Source: Marsupella aquatica (Eukaryota > Plantae > Marchantiophyta). From it: a DNA stretch of 64,000 nt. Positions 48,607-63,200 of the stretch are shown piece after piece (the stretch's first letter is position 1; the number at the start of each line of letters is the position of its first letter). The translations under genes and the position numbers were made by a program. The stretch is from contig OZ316895.1 of the NCBI GenBank assembly GCA_973895155.1, positions 24,016,281 through 24,080,280 of the forward strand. Direction: 5' to 3'. The notes under the pieces are model-generated. The model worked only from the letters and a program-made list of their open reading frames with translations. It did not search any database and was not told the DNA's origin.

Positions 48607-51600
48607 CGGTGAGTACTTAGCATCTTGATAATTGCACATCAGAATGTGAAGATATATGATTTCTTAGTGATTTAATTATTCTGTTCGGGTTTATCATGGT
48701 ATAGTACACCTTATATTGTCATATCTTGATGCGCAATTATCAGGAGGCCAGGACTTGTATGTCTGAGAAAAAGTTAATTTAATGCACAGACACATTCAAA
48801 GCATTATGGAGTATCATGCAATGCAACTATATCAGTGGGATGTGCGATGAGATATATACAAGACCGCCATACCAGGAGACAGGATCGCATAGCAAGAAAC
48901 CCGAGAGCCAGGATCCTGGAGGCAATATGAACCTTCATGAAGGCCTTCAGGTTTTATTCAACCAGAGAAACAATAAAATTAAACTTCATAGGGCAGTACA
49001 TCTAGGAATCACAAGAATCACAATAGTTGGGAAGTGTTCTCTGTAAATTAGAAACACTACTTCCAAATAAAGCACCACTGGGAATCTTACTAACAAATTG
49101 CAAGAAGAAGCTAGAGTTGGGGTTAAGGCTTGTACAGTGAACCTCTAGACTATGACCATAGGACGCCACCCAAATTTAAGTGAATAGAAAGAACCATGAG
49201 ATATTATGCATGTCAAAGTGATGATAATTTTGGCATTCAGGCTAGTATTCAATGATTGATGCACTACTCATGACAATAATATTGTCTCAAAAACATTCAT
49301 ATCTTTAAAACTCTATACGAAGTCTGGGGCCTCTTTGTCAGGAACACATGGGCAATGGTACTTGGAAAACATCTGTGTGTTTGGTGAATATCTAAAATGG
49401 TCAAAACAAAGGGTTAGGTCCAAGACTTAGAGATCACATTTGAGAATTTGGAGGCACTTTGTTAGAAAATGTACCAGCGGATGCCAAAGGAGTCATTCAG
49501 ATTCAATCAATTATTTTCAAAGGTGGATGCATTTTCTATCCCACCAAAGTAATATTATTTTCATGACAATACGTTGTAGATGATGGCAGGACACTGGCTA
49601 TTTCAGCTCCTCTGTGTCTCATGGGGTCAATCTTCCTGAGCAAGTGTAGTTGGGTCTTTGGCCTCTCGTTTGCTTGCTCCATCCCAAGTTCAGTACCCAT
49701 CCTGTGGAAACGGTTCACGACATCACCTTGAGAAGTCAATGTGTAAAAGTCTCACCTCTTCCCAAGCATACAAATTTTCCTTAGGAAACTAGAGAAATGT
49801 CCATGTTGAGACTACTGCATTTTAGAGGGACATGGATGATACTTAATCTTAAGGAAACCTACTGTAAATTTCAACATTCAGGGTATTAACAAGGACCAAA
49901 TTTCTTTTAGTAGGAAGAGAGAATATGACACATCAACACCTGAAGTATTTACACTAAAATAAAATCTTGTGTCCTGTCACTAACGATGGGAATGCTACTA
50001 CATGATTTGGCCAACGCTTACTTGGAAAGTATTTCCATGAAGATCGAACTTTGACTTAAAGCGCCACTGTCCGTGACAAAACCTGGTTACACCAGGTTTC
50101 ACCATTTTTAGTACCCTGTTCCTGAGATTATGGAGCAAAGTCTCATGCTAGAGGAAAGAAATGTGAAAAAGTGAAGAGTCTTGGACACTTCTCCTTTTAT
50201 ATGGATAGTGGTGGTTTAAGATAACAAGGGATTTTGGGAATACTTTTTCGGGGCGATTTGAGATAAGGATGTACCACCAACTTTGGAAGGCTTGAATCAC
50301 CACGCAAGATATTTCGTCAACCTCAGGGATCTCAAGTACATAGGGCCTGGGTACGTTCTATAAGCAATTTGAGTCAATTTCACTTTTGTTTTGGTGGGCT
50401 ATTTATGAAAGTTCTGCGTTAATGTTACAACTTCAGCTTGAAGGTAATTAAAATGAAGCGTGTAACTCCTTCGATGAAAAGAGTAGATGAATCGTGGGGC
50501 ACAATATTGGGAAAATCTTGGTAATCATCCGTTACGAGTAGACTTAGCTGTGTATTTAGTAATTCTCATGAAGTTGTAGTAGATTGTAATCGAGATTGTA
50601 AAGCTCGGATGGAGTCAGAAACTTCAGACCTGGCTGAAGAAATATCTAAAGTACTTCATCATGACATGAGTTGTCTTGGATGGCAGTTCGACGCGCATAT
50701 CACATTGCAGGGTGCTCATAAATAGATTTCTATTAATCACAATATGTTTAACTGCTACAGTGATAAACTATGCTTCATTCTCTAAACCATAATATTCACC
50801 TTTGGAAACCTTTCACTTGAAGACCTTGGGAGTCATCCAGATAAGTAGCAGGGAAATAAGCAAAAGCATGGAAGAAAAACAATGCCATCTGCATGGTATC
50901 AGAATTGGACAGAAAGCTCAACTGGAGGTCTTCGACCTTACAAAATTGGAATTACTATATTGATACTGGGAGCTTGCCTTCATGTCACTGAAAAGTACAC
51001 ACCAGCGCAATTCGCAAGAACAACCCATCAAGCGCTCGAGGTATCTCTTGGCTTTAAAATAATCCATACCACTCCTTCCTTCCGAATTGGTTTCAGAGCC
51101 AACCGGATCATACCAAACTAGAAAGAAGCTCACATCACGGCTTACTTGGTAGAAGAGGAACTTGTTTGATGAATATGGATGGCCACAAAGTAAAAGTATA
51201 CCAGCGACGAACAGAGTAAGAAGAATCCAAGGGAGTAGTTTGCCTTTCCAATTTCAGGACTACACAGACAGAATATCAAATTGTGAAGAACCGGACTTCT
51301 GCTTTCTTGTTGGAGTGATTTTCTCATACATAATGATAAAGTGAGGAGTGCAGAACAATTTTTTACTGGACGTATCACAGGTGTATCTCGTGGTTCCAAT
51401 TGCAATATAACAAATCAAAGAACAACGAGTATTCTTAAAGTGTTCTCTCAAAATTTAGATGAGTAGCAAGCTCACCCATATTTGAGACGACATGAAATTT
51501 ACCTTTGTTGCGCTTTGAGAAACTTAATTAACTGCTACTGCCCTGACCATGGCCACTCTTCATTGAGTTTATCCTGAAAACCATTGGTATACTATAGAAG

Positions 51601-52023
51601 GTTTGTGACGGCCATGACGGATGAAGTTCACTCCTAATTTCAGAGAACTTCGTTGATGACTGCCTTTAATAACTTCCCACAGCTATATCTGAGAATTAGA
51701 GAGGAGAGAAACATGGTCCAACACCCACGTAATGACAAGAGTAAGCTGGGCACGATCAAGTACTTGAATAGGAAGGATAGGAAGGAGTGCCAAACCACTA
51801 TTACAGCATCTCATAATATTTCTCAAGAACTGAATCAAAGGAAGAGAAGTGGAAGCGTTACCTGCCTCAGGCCATTGCTTCAGTGTATCAGAACTTGTCC
51901 TCTTCCCGTCGCTATTCAAGGCAATACTGATCTTTGGTACCAAAACCCAGTTGGCTCGAATATTTGAAAGATTCCTCAAAAGTATCAGAGGAACGACAGC
52001 TGAAATCTTCATCGCGCGCTAAT

Positions 52024-55000
52024 TCACGTTCCCTTCGGTAGTGACGTTCTGACTGGCAGAGTAAATTTTACCTTTGCCTGTGCTTTTCTAAGCCTATCCT
52101 TTGCGAGCTTCCCTGCTCTCCCTTTAATATCCATAGCCATAAGTTCTGCACGTTGTTCATCATGCATTTCTGCCAATCTACTGAATTTCTTGGGTCGTAA
52201 CCCACCTCCCATGGTCTCCTCTATCTGCTTAAAAACCGGCACCATCTCTCTGCGCATCCAAGACCCTTCATATATCTGCATGGAGTTCAATTGTGGAACA
52301 CTTGCCCTGTTTTCCAGATCCAAGTCAAGACACCTGGGAGAATCCTTCAACCACATCTGAACCGAATATCCTTTGGCAATAAGGGTACCTTCGCGAGTCT
52401 TCGACAAAAGAAAAGGAGCACCCATTTCCCATAGGTGGGATTTTACTGTCCTACTTAATGAGATACGATTGCTCCGCTTGCTGCTACCGACAATCAAGAG
52501 CACAGATTTTGAGGCCCGGGGAGTCCCTTGAAGTGCTGCTTCCTGCAATATCATCGGGACGATACCTGATCAAGCCTCCTGTTTTTCAAACTCGTGGCCC
52601 ATATGCAATGCAAGCAACGATTATAGCTTTCGCATGAAAAAGGGCATATCTACAAAATAAAGAAACCAAAAAAAAACAGAGAAGTAAAACAGAAAAAAGG
52701 TCATGCCTAATGGGAAAGTTCGTACCTGCATCTTTATTAGCCATAAGGTCAATGCCACAAAAGCAGCACCCGGAGAAAGCCCACAAAGATCAGCTCCCCA
52801 ATCTTCTTCTTGTACTCTGCAGCCATAATCCAAGTTTCAAAAACATGCACCATAAAGCAATGAGACTCCAAATTTTTCTTACAGCTAGGGAAATGAGATC
52901 TAAAAGGGCATGACGCCGAGCCATTTAGATACATTATTCAAACGAGACATCAGACAAAGCAGCTTAACGTCTCTATATGACAATCTACCTATTCCAACAC
53001 AATTTCTTTTGCTTTAAAAATGTCCGTTGATCTAAGCCGAGTTCAATTTAACGACCAGCACAGAAACACGTTCTAATACAAGCACACATTACGAAACGCC
53101 TTTCCTTGCAAGCAAAGATATAGCAAATGAGATCTCCAATATCAGAACTCAATTCAAACGAGTACCTTGTAAAATCACGTTCATAGATATTCTTCTTCAT
53201 TGCCAGGTTGAAGACATGTGCCGCAGTGGCACGCTTGTGAAATGCCCATAATAGGTCTTGAAGAACATTCAGAAGGCCTGACGCTGCTCCAGGGCGTTCA
53301 TCAACTAGCTTATCGAGCAAGCACTCTAACTCCAGAAGCACCGAAGTGTCGTTAACTGTCAACAACCTGAGAGAAAAGTAATACCACATCTTAGTCGGGT
53401 ACGGATTTCTGTTCAGCACTTTGACAAAGACCTAGTTCGTAAGAATCAAAGTTAATTCGGAGGCTGGCTTTGCACTTAGATTTCAGACATTTAGTAAGCC
53501 TTAATCAGATGACTCTGTTGGGACGGGATGACTGGGATGAAAAGGTCTCCGAAGGTGTGTCAACGAAAGAGTTGGAGACGAGGTGCAGGGATAGTATGCA
53601 TACTCAAGTGGAAGTGGGAAACCTATGTCCCGCAAAGCCTGCAGCAGCAACAGCGCATCATCTCTTCTCTCGCATTTGCTGGCTGCTCCAATGAGACAAG
53701 TCCAGGTTATATAATTTGCCGCTATCCTTTCACTGGCCATCTTCTTCAATTTTGAAATGGCCTTCTCATATTCACCTTCTCTCAGATACGCGTCTATCAG
53801 AGTTGTGTATTGGGCAACAGTTAAATCAACCCCAGCTTCTATCATCCTGTCAAACACAGCCTCCGCCCCTTCAGTTTGACCACCCTTTCCATAAGAATCC
53901 ATCAGCATTTGCATCGTTGAAATGGTAGGTTGAATGCCTCGTTCCTTCATTCGAGATACAAAACCCTCTGTAAGCTCAGGTTTCCCAGCTTTTCGGTAGA
54001 TGTTAAGCATTAAGTGATACGTTGCCTCATCTGGTTGAATACCTCCATTTTGCATTTCATTAAAAAGGCCCTCAGCTGCGTCTGACATCAACACCTTTCC
54101 ATAGGCATTGAGCAACATGGTGTAAGAAGCAAGGTCAGGCACACAACCAGCCACCTTCATTTGCTGGAGCAAGGCATATGCTTCTTGGGTGTGAAGACTT
54201 CGGCTATAGAGGTGAATAAGTGTGTTGTACGTGACCGTATCTGGGGGGCATCCGCAGGTTTGCATTCCCTGGAACACTCGAGCTGCTTTCTTGAAATTTC
54301 GAACTTTACCATACACACTAAGCATTGCATTATAACAAAAGACGTTAGGCTCAAATCCTGCATCCTTCATGTCCTTGAGGATATGTTCCGCTTCCTCTGC
54401 CAAACCTGCCTTTGAGAACATGCCAAGGAGGACATTATACACCTCTACTTGTAGAAAATAGCCTTCACTTTTCAGCTGCTGGTACACACCTTTTGCTTTC
54501 TCAAACTGTCCACTCTTTGCAAAGGCGTTGAGCATGAGCACGTGGCCTTGTACGCCTGATGCCTTTACCGCTCGAAACGTTTGGTAAGCCTCATCAACGT
54601 CCACCAACCTTCCATTATCGAGAAGGACTTCTAATAAGGCGTTGCTGGAGCTTGAGCTGGGATTTAAGCCGTCATTCACCATGTACTTCAAAAGATTTTG
54701 TACTTGCTGAGCCTGCCCAGCTTGAGCATAGGCCAGCATTAAAGAGTCATAATCTTTAGCAGAGAGAGACACACCTGCTTCTTTTAATTCCGTAAAAGTC
54801 ATCGCAGATTGGTCCCATTTTTGCAACTTGATATACGCTTTAATGAGAGCAAGGTGTAGACTAGAGTCTTTCACTCCACCAAGTTCTGTCTGTATCTTTT
54901 GGAGGTATAAACGGCCGTCATCAGGGTTACCGGACCTACAATAAGCCAGCACAGCACTTCTACAGCACAATACATCGGGTGATAAGCCCAGACTTTGCAT

Positions 55001-57235
55001 CTCTTGCAACATCTGTAAGGCTTCCTGGGGTATGCCTGCTAGTTCATAGGCGACGATCAAACTGCGAAACACCATCCCACTCAATTGTTTTCCTGAGGCT
55101 TTCAATTTTTCCAGCTCTTCTCTTGCTTCTTCAAACTTCTCAGTATTAGCAAGGACAGCAACCAACTGCTCACGGATTCCTTCCAAGCCTGGACAAGAAA
55201 TCGAGTTCAGAAGTGATCGTGCATCATTCAACCTGTTGGCTTTCGCATAGGAATTCAGTAGTACGTCAATTGTGTTGAAGTCCGTCTTGCGACCTTCACT
55301 AAGTGCAGCTAGAAATGCTTTCTCTGCGGCATCACAGAGCCCAACTTTTGCAAAACATTTGCACATCTCTACTGGATCCAAACCAAACCCCAAGACTTGC
55401 TCACTCAGCTTCTGCAATTCTGCGGTCATGCCTTCTTTCTTAAGCAACTGGAGCATGAGGCCACTCTGAACAAGGCCAGGCTTGTATTTGGGCATCATGC
55501 TCTCGTAAATAGAGAGAACATTTTTGGCCTGGCCGAGATTGAGAAACACATCTAGCATGACAGAAAATGCAAGCTGATCTGGTCTTATGCCTGCTTTGAG
55601 CATATCCTGATACATCTCTGCAGCTTTCTCATACTTTGCCACCTTGGCATATGCACAAATCATGGCACAAAAGGGACTCAACGAAGGCTTCAATCTAGCC
55701 TGGACCATTTCTTTGAACACACGCTCGGCCTCATCACTTTTTCCTGCTTTGCCAAGGCCATCAATTAGCACTACATAAGTGACAGTATCTGGCTTCCTAC
55801 TACTTGCTTTCATCTGTTCGTAGACACCTAGAGCCTTATCATGAAGGTTCTTTTTCCCATACATTTTAATAATGGTGTTGTAAGTTATAACATCCTCCCT
55901 ACATCCTGCTTTCTCCATCTCCTTCCTAATAAGATCCACATCCTCCATCCTTCCTTTCTCGGCGTAGGCAAACAAGATCGAATTGTAAGTAATTGCATCC
56001 GGAGATAACCCTTTCTGTCTCAAACCGTGATAAACATCTTCCGCAGCTTCATCCAATCCACACCTCCCATAGACCGTAATCATTGCATTGTAAGTCCATA
56101 TATCAGCTTGGCACCGTTGCTCATTCATCTCCTCATAAATCCTCACAGCATCTTCATAGCACTTGTTCTGGCTGCACACGCTAATCAGAGTATTGTAAGT
56201 TACAGTGTCAGGGCGCAAACCAGCTTGCCAAATTTCCCTGAGGAGCGCCATGGCCACCCCCGGCTGCAAACCGGCTTTGGCCCGGCCACTGATGAGAGTA
56301 TTGTAGGTCACAAGGTCTTTTTCACAGCCCTTCTCCAGCATTATCTTCAACAGCGTTTGCATCCTCTCCCAGTTCCCATGCTTGGCATGAACGCTCAACA
56401 TGGCGTTAAAGATTTGAACGCAATCTCCCAGCTCAGGTTCCACCCTCTCAAAAATCTCCTCCGCCAAATTCACTTGGTTAGCTCTCCCCAACACGCCCAA
56501 TATCGCGGAGAGCATGCGGTTATTCGGAGTATACCAATGCCTCATGTTCAACCACTCGAAAAGCTCCAATGCTCTCGCCCAGTGGGTATACCCCACCTGC
56601 TTGACCAGAAAGCAATAATCAGTAGGAGCCAGTTGCTCTGGCCATTTATTCAGGAGATCCGCCACTGAGTCGGTCACTGGCAATTGACAGACGGCATCTT
56701 GCAGCCTCTTCACCCTCTCTCTCCAATCCGTGGCCTTCAGGAGAGCCATCCTGGACATTCTACCTCTCGTCTTCTTCCCCAAACCCTCGAGTAAATCCGA
56801 GCGTTTGGGGACTGTGTGGGCAGTTGACTCCAAACCAAACGAGTGGACACCGTCTCCATCTGCATCTAGGACTGGGACTGACTGAGGATTTTCAACAATT
56901 CCTTTTCCTTCACTTTCTTCTGTCTCCTTTGCAAATTCTTCCTCATCAGCTACTTCCCTTCTTTTCTTGGCTAGAGCGGTCAAACGAGCGAGACGCAAGT
57001 ATGGGTCTTCGTCTTCGTTGTTCTGCTTGAGCTGTGAGTCACCCAATTCCGAGAAGTTTTGCTGTTTTTCCAGCTGCTGGTGTTGATACCAATGAGGCCA
57101 GCGGACAGCTGGAAAGGCACGTTCATACCTGAATGCCGGCTGAGGAGTGTGAAGAGATTTTTCCTGAGGAGATGGGGACGAGGGGACGACCGCCGAAAAG
57201 GACAAGGTCAACGCCATCCCAGAAGGAAGAGGCAT
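52024..57235 (-). CDS. EMB1270: Large P-class pentatricopeptide repeat protein with C-terminal Smr-like domain, probably plastid-targeted; EMB1270 (At3g18110)-like, ~1480 aa, 4 exons
   Basis: Exons 57235-53604, 53366-53166, 52816-52726 and 52542-52024 are GT..AG with matching phases and total 4443 nt. More than 20 tandem 35-aa PPR motifs (PDTVTYNTLI, PDAITYNSIL, PNVFCYNAML). N-terminal FRYERAFPAVRWP, DWRERVK and ALELFEWLNMRHWYTPN, and C-terminal DWGADLCGLSPGAAFVALTLWL, LWEMGAPFL, AKGYSVQMWLKDSP and PKKFSRLA match my recall of At3g18110. Ser/Pro-rich transit-peptide-like start. An alternative ATG lies at 57217. Confidence 0.93.
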
Positions 57236-60200
57236 GCCCTCCAGAATTGTTCAAGCCAGCGCTCCTGTTATTTCATAGACATTCTGAAATCACTCCGTCT
57301 GCAATGCACTTGTTACGCATTCGCAGACCTAAACCCTCCCTCGATCATCGTCCTCACATGTGTAACAGCATGTCTGCTTGACGATAACGATGGCCCTGCG
57401 AAGGGGACTTTCTTAAGTTAAATCACGTGCGATTGAGGAATGCGTACAACGCAAAGAAGAAACAGAACAACAGAGACACTGCAACCCCACCCTAAACCCT
57501 AAAGTGCACTAAAGGTAACTCAGTTGCCGAAGTATTGCGTACAGAATTTGAATGCACCGCATTAGACTGAAGGGAGCACAGAATGGCGAAATTGAATCAC
57601 AAGAAGAAGAAAAGCACGGCAATTTAATCCCAGGGAGACTACGGCAATTGAATTGCACCGCAAGAGGAGAAGGCCATAGCAACAGAGATGCTTTGATAGG
57701 AAGAGCAAAGTACTACTTGCTGAACAAGTCAGATCAGTTCCACAGTCGTTTCAATTAAGTCCTTTTTGAATTTGAGCACAATTTCAGGATCCAATTATAG
57801 CTGGGACCTTCCACACTCGAAATCAGCAGAAATTGAAAACACAGCGCCAAACGAATTGCAGGTCGACTGAACACTGAACAACTTCCCCAAAAGTCTGTTG
57901 CTACAACTGCTAAATTCCTCGGTCCCTCTGGTCTCGCCCCAATATTTCTACAGCTGAACCTTGCAGGAGGGCGCAAAGCCATCAAAGCTGGGGCCACCCA
58001 CAGTACAACTTATGAAAAATTTACAGTGCAACGTTCACAAATCACAGGACAACGGAACGAGTTCAAAGATGGAGATGCACCTTCCACACTGGCATGTGCG
58101 ATTGCTTCAAGAGTAGGTCGATGAGCAGACACAGAGAAGGTTGGCAACGAGCGAGGGAGAGAGGGCAGATCGGAGAACGCAGTTGTCGACGAATGCAGCA
58201 GGTCTGCAGGTCTGCAGGAGCCAGGAATTGGAGTGCACAAACCTTCCAGGTGAATTTTTCCTCCTATTTCATTGAAGTGCCCAAAAACACTGAGGGTTCT
58301 TCATTTTGAATCTTTCTCGTAGTACTGGTGTGGCTCAGGGCTTCAACTTCTCGTTTTCCAGCCTAATTGAAACCTCTCTTGTGTTACTCGAAGCTTCTTG
58401 AGTGCCCATTCTTTGAACGTAAGAGCATCTTAAACCCAGCAGGGTTTTTGTTACTATAATGGGTGGTGACCAAACCCACTAAAGAAGATGCAAAAAAGTC
58501 GGATAGGGTTTTCAGAAACTAAGGTTTTTTTTTACTGGATGTGTATATAGAAGAGATTGAACGGTAGTTGACTCCTTACTGGGTTTGTTGTGGTTTTCAA
58601 AAATGGTTTTTCACAGTTTCAATTTACAGTTGTAGGTTTGTAGTTGGGCTTTCAAAATTTCAATGTAGAGTTGTCAAATGCTGATAACTCTATCAAGATT
58701 GAGGTTGCTTTTCAGTTGACCAGGATAGGTATGTACAGTTTCATGCACTTATCCAATTGAATCATGCACTACAATTCTGGGTATGAGAAGTACATCGGTA
58801 TGACCTGACATGACATTTGTGGAAGTGCATAAACTATTTCATACACACTTATTGGAAAGTGCAACAGGCACATATGGAGAAGTGCATTACGTGGATAACT
58901 GCAGGCTATGGGTGTCTTCCCAGGAATCTGCACTTAGACACGGTACACTATACAATAAACTAAAAAATAGACTTTTCAGACTGATTATTGAATGTACCCA
59001 ATAAGCTCTAAGTAGAGCTGAGTACATTCAGGCCGGTTGCACCTCTGCACCACTTCAGAGACCCCAATGCCTGTTTTGCACTCAACCCCAACTTCCCCAA
59101 TCCCAATTTTCCACTCACACATCCAGCTTAAGTTATGTCCCCATAGCCAGTATCAAGAGGCCTGAACTGGGTCCTGAAGAGTATCTTTATGTTGAGATTA
59201 GATAGATAGTTTGTAATTTTTCAATGCCGGAGTAGTAACAGGGCTTGAAACTGAAGCCTCCACCAGCCTAAATGTTTTGACAAAATGCCCAGATGGAGCA
59301 GAGAAGAATTGTTTAGGTACTCATATAGCACTTTTTCTTGTACTTGTTCACATTCCCAGATTCATGTTCAAATATTTCCAGTGACTTGCCCCAATATGCC
59401 CACTTCCCTTCTGCACCCACACTCAGCTACTTCCCCATAGCTCAGTGTCACCCAGCCTTTGGTGTGCACCTTGAAGTGATGACCAGTTTGGTCAATGCAG
59501 ACTCCCTCCCCTAGCTAATTGAGCATTTCAGACCAAGCATGCTTCTTTGGCATTCTGGCAGGCTCTTGTAATTGATTTGGTTCATAGGATTCACCCAGAT
59601 GAGATCCCAGGTGGGGTCTCAATCCAAAGCTTGGATATTAGTTGTAAGGTGCATCGGGGTCTTTCCTCTGTTATATCTTGCATGTGATCTCAATCTAAAC
59701 CTTTTTACTAAGCTTGGGTAAGATTTGTAAACTTTCTTGGGGGTCTTTGGAAGTGTACATCTTGACTTGGAATTACATACACTAGCCTTGATTACCCGTT
59801 ATTTGAACAAGAATAGAGGGGAAGACAATAAAAATATTACCAAAATACATACCTTATTCAGATTCTTTGATTGATAAAAAAAATCTTTTCATGCATGTCA
59901 TCATTTTAGTAATCATTCATAACATATCATACTCTTTTCTATGCCCATCTCTCTTTCTATGCACATATGTTATGGTGTGGGCACCAAACACATTTTTTAA
60001 TGCAAATAAAATCATGACAAAAAAATGCATGATTATCATTTGATATAAGTCATAGTCATGATTTTTTCATCCACATGATGAGCCATGGAGTTAGGGTCTA
60101 CAGTTTTTACTTTAGAAACCTACACCACCACTGTAGCTTATAGTTGACGCTTTATAAATAAGATTTTTAGTGTAATAAACTTCATTGCCATAATCCTAAA

Positions 60201-63200
60201 CCCTAAAGCTTGATTTGCATGTGGGGATCCTATCTTAGCTGAATGGTTTGAATGGCCGATGACATCCTAGCTTATAAGTTGTTTTGTTCTGGTCATTGCC
60301 TATGCTGTGTACGTTTGTACATCGCTCGTGGGTAAACCTCCAGATTTCTCAAGAAGAGAAAAATGTATATAATTTTTCCATATCAAAATAAGAATTTCAG
60401 CTTTGTCTTCGTCCCAATCGCGTTTCAGGGGTAGGCTACATAAAACAATTGGAGCTTGTTTCTACTGTTGTAGTTGTATTATTGTGCAACGTGTCGTAAC
60501 AACAAACATAACACTTGTCAAAAATACATTAAGTTGTTTGAATAGTCTTGCTGTTTGAATACATCCACAGTCACAGCAACTCATGGAAGTAATGGTAATC
60601 ATTGTCCTACCTAACAGTGTCCCTAATGGGAGGTGCTTAGCAATTTGGATGCCTCAAGGATGGGAGATTGTGTGTTTAGATTCTTGGGAGGAAACCATGA
60701 CTACGATCCTCTTTGGGCCCACTTTTCCTATTGCCCAATCTCAGTGTCTTGCTCAACACAGCTAGTGTAGTCTTTGTCGTATTGCAATTTTGGATGTAAA
60801 ATTTCTGTGGTCCCTAGATCTTTCTTTTTACCAACTAAGATTGAGTCTCAACTAGAGTGGGGCCTTCTCCATGTGATGACCTCACCTTTTAGGGCTCTAC
60901 ATGACAAAATATCAGAGATCTAACCAAAAATTCTCCCTGCCTTCAGCCTGCTTTTTTGATAGTCCATGCTGCCCAGACAACATTTATTTTGGTCTTGATG
61001 GAGGCCATTGAGAAAATTGGATGGCACATACATTTATGGACAAAGCGACAACTAGCAGTTGGGGCCCTATGACACCAGAGAGAACCGAAAAGAAAACATG
61101 AGAACAATCGATATTTTTCTAGCAAAACACTTTGTGGCCACTTAGTAGTTATGGGTGGCTTGTGGAAAGTAATTACAAGCCTTAATGGTGGGCAGCCCTG
61201 TTTTCTCTTTGAAGGGCGGAAAATGGGGAAGGACCCATAGATGCACTAAGCTGCTTACACAATTGGGCTACATGGAGAGATTCTAACTCTCCATTTGGCA
61301 TGCGATTTTTTTCAATTTTTTTAAGGAGGGGAAACAACTTTTGAGAAAGATGCACAAACTACAGTAGCAGCATGCAGGATGCACCCCTGGTTTATAATTA
61401 TAATTTTGTTTATATAATTCATACAACTACCACAAGGTGACACATAACAGGTTTGACCTGCTGGGGAGCACTTTGGCATATAACCCAGATTACATGCAAA
61501 AATAGATTCTGGATCATAATTGTCTGGCCTAGGATTGAACTTGAAACTCCATGGTCGCAAGTTACTCTTGGCCATCTGAGTTGACCACTAGACCCCAATC
61601 AGGTGCTTTTTGGCATGCAATGTTTGTACTCAGTCAAAATGGAACGGGAATGAACACGGGAATAAAGTGAAGCAAGTTCTAAGGCTCCACAATCCAATCA
61701 CAGTAAGAGACTAGCCCAGTGCCTCTCTGCATACACAAAGTCGTTGAGAAAAGTTTAAATCTATAAGTATTTAAATGGCAATCAGAAAGTCTACTGTCTA
61801 GAGTGAAATCTCTAGACAATATTTCTAGGGGGATACCTGAAAGTGCCCCATAGAAAACAGGGATGGGGGCCAGATGAACAAGAAATAATAAGGAATTTGT
61901 TTTTGTGAGGTTTTTGCTTTTTGTCTCGTCAATATTTTCATTCAAGGAAGGGTAATCAGGCTAGTGTTTTCAAAGTGGAAGTGCTGTCCAAGAGAAAGGG
62001 TTGGGGTTGTGAGAAGAATGCACTTGAATACTAGACGGAGCACTAATGTCAAGTCAAAGGTTAGCAAATAGTTTTGCTAAATGCCTTTCCTATGAAAAAA
62101 CAATGTGCTAGAAAAAAAAAAGGAAACCAAAAAAAAACACAGCAGCCCTTCCCTTGGCCCCAGTTGCATGTCTTAATTGTTTTAAATGCAGGGTCCTTTC
62201 CCTTTCTGTCTCTGGTGCCTTTCTGGGTACTTTTTGTACTCCATGGTGTGCCTACACTGACAGTACCTTGTGCTTCCGTCACTCCCCAATTTTCCACTCC
62301 CTGGATTGCATCACTCCCTGGGACTGCGTCACTCCCCACTTTTCCACTCAGTGGACACCCGTTTCGAGTTTTGATGATCACGAAAAATAACTGGATGACT
62401 AATATTCTGCTTTTTGTGTTTTATAAACAGGGAACGCCGGCCTTGGAGACAGATCGCGTGTTATTTTGTTAGATGATCTTATATTTTCGAGTCATCTTTA
62501 CTACACTAGTCTGATGAAACTTTATACGTGAGTCTGACTGTATCTCAGCTGAAATAACTGCTGAAATACCTACTTCTCAGTCCAGTAAAATGTTCATCTC
62601 CAAAGTCCAAGCCAATGTAAGAATTTCTTTTTTTTGAGGAGACGAAGGATGAAGTCATGCAAGATCAAGCTCAAAGATCTGATTTGCATTCTCTTCGTAT
62701 TTGATGTGGGATCCACGACTGTAGCTGGAGAGATGCTTAACGTGAATGTTTGCATGTCCACCAAAACTTCTGTGGTTGCACTCGTAACGTGTCATCCAGA
62801 GCTTCAAAAAATCAAGACTCTTTAATGCAGTGCTGGCCCCCAAACTACAGTGTGGGTGTAGAACTGGAGCACTAAAATCAAAGAGAAATCCATGGTGTCC
62901 CCATTGTACAAGTACAACTCGTTTTCGAAGGCTCAGATTTGTTGATGTGGATGAAAAAGCCTGTACTGCTCTAAGTTGAAAATCTCTACTCCTTGGACTA
63001 AAGTACGATGAGTTTTATATTATATCCAGTTGAGCTGAGTTAGACATATCGATGCTTGCTGCACCTTTCCTGGACCACCTCACATCTAAATTGGTGCAAG
63101 TAGTAGAATAACCATGTACTGTACTTATTTCGGTTTCTAACGTGACCCACTTTTTACATGCTATGGTCCATGAGTTTCCCCCATGGATGTGTGGTGGGAG

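Noticed and set aside
53501-53603. C-terminal end of the 1244-aa ORF (..YAYYPCTSSP..)
   Set aside because: It is read-through into intron 1. Splicing at GA|gtatgc continues the conserved protein in downstream exons.
56027-56668. 213-aa plus-strand ORF and other ORFs antisense to the PPR, SERK and TOG exons
   Set aside because: Antisense shadows of real coding exons with no recognisable domains.
57491-57503. AAACCCTAAA telo-box/telomere-like motif (also ~60196)
   Set aside because: Isolated copies, not a telomeric array, and too weak to call regulatory.
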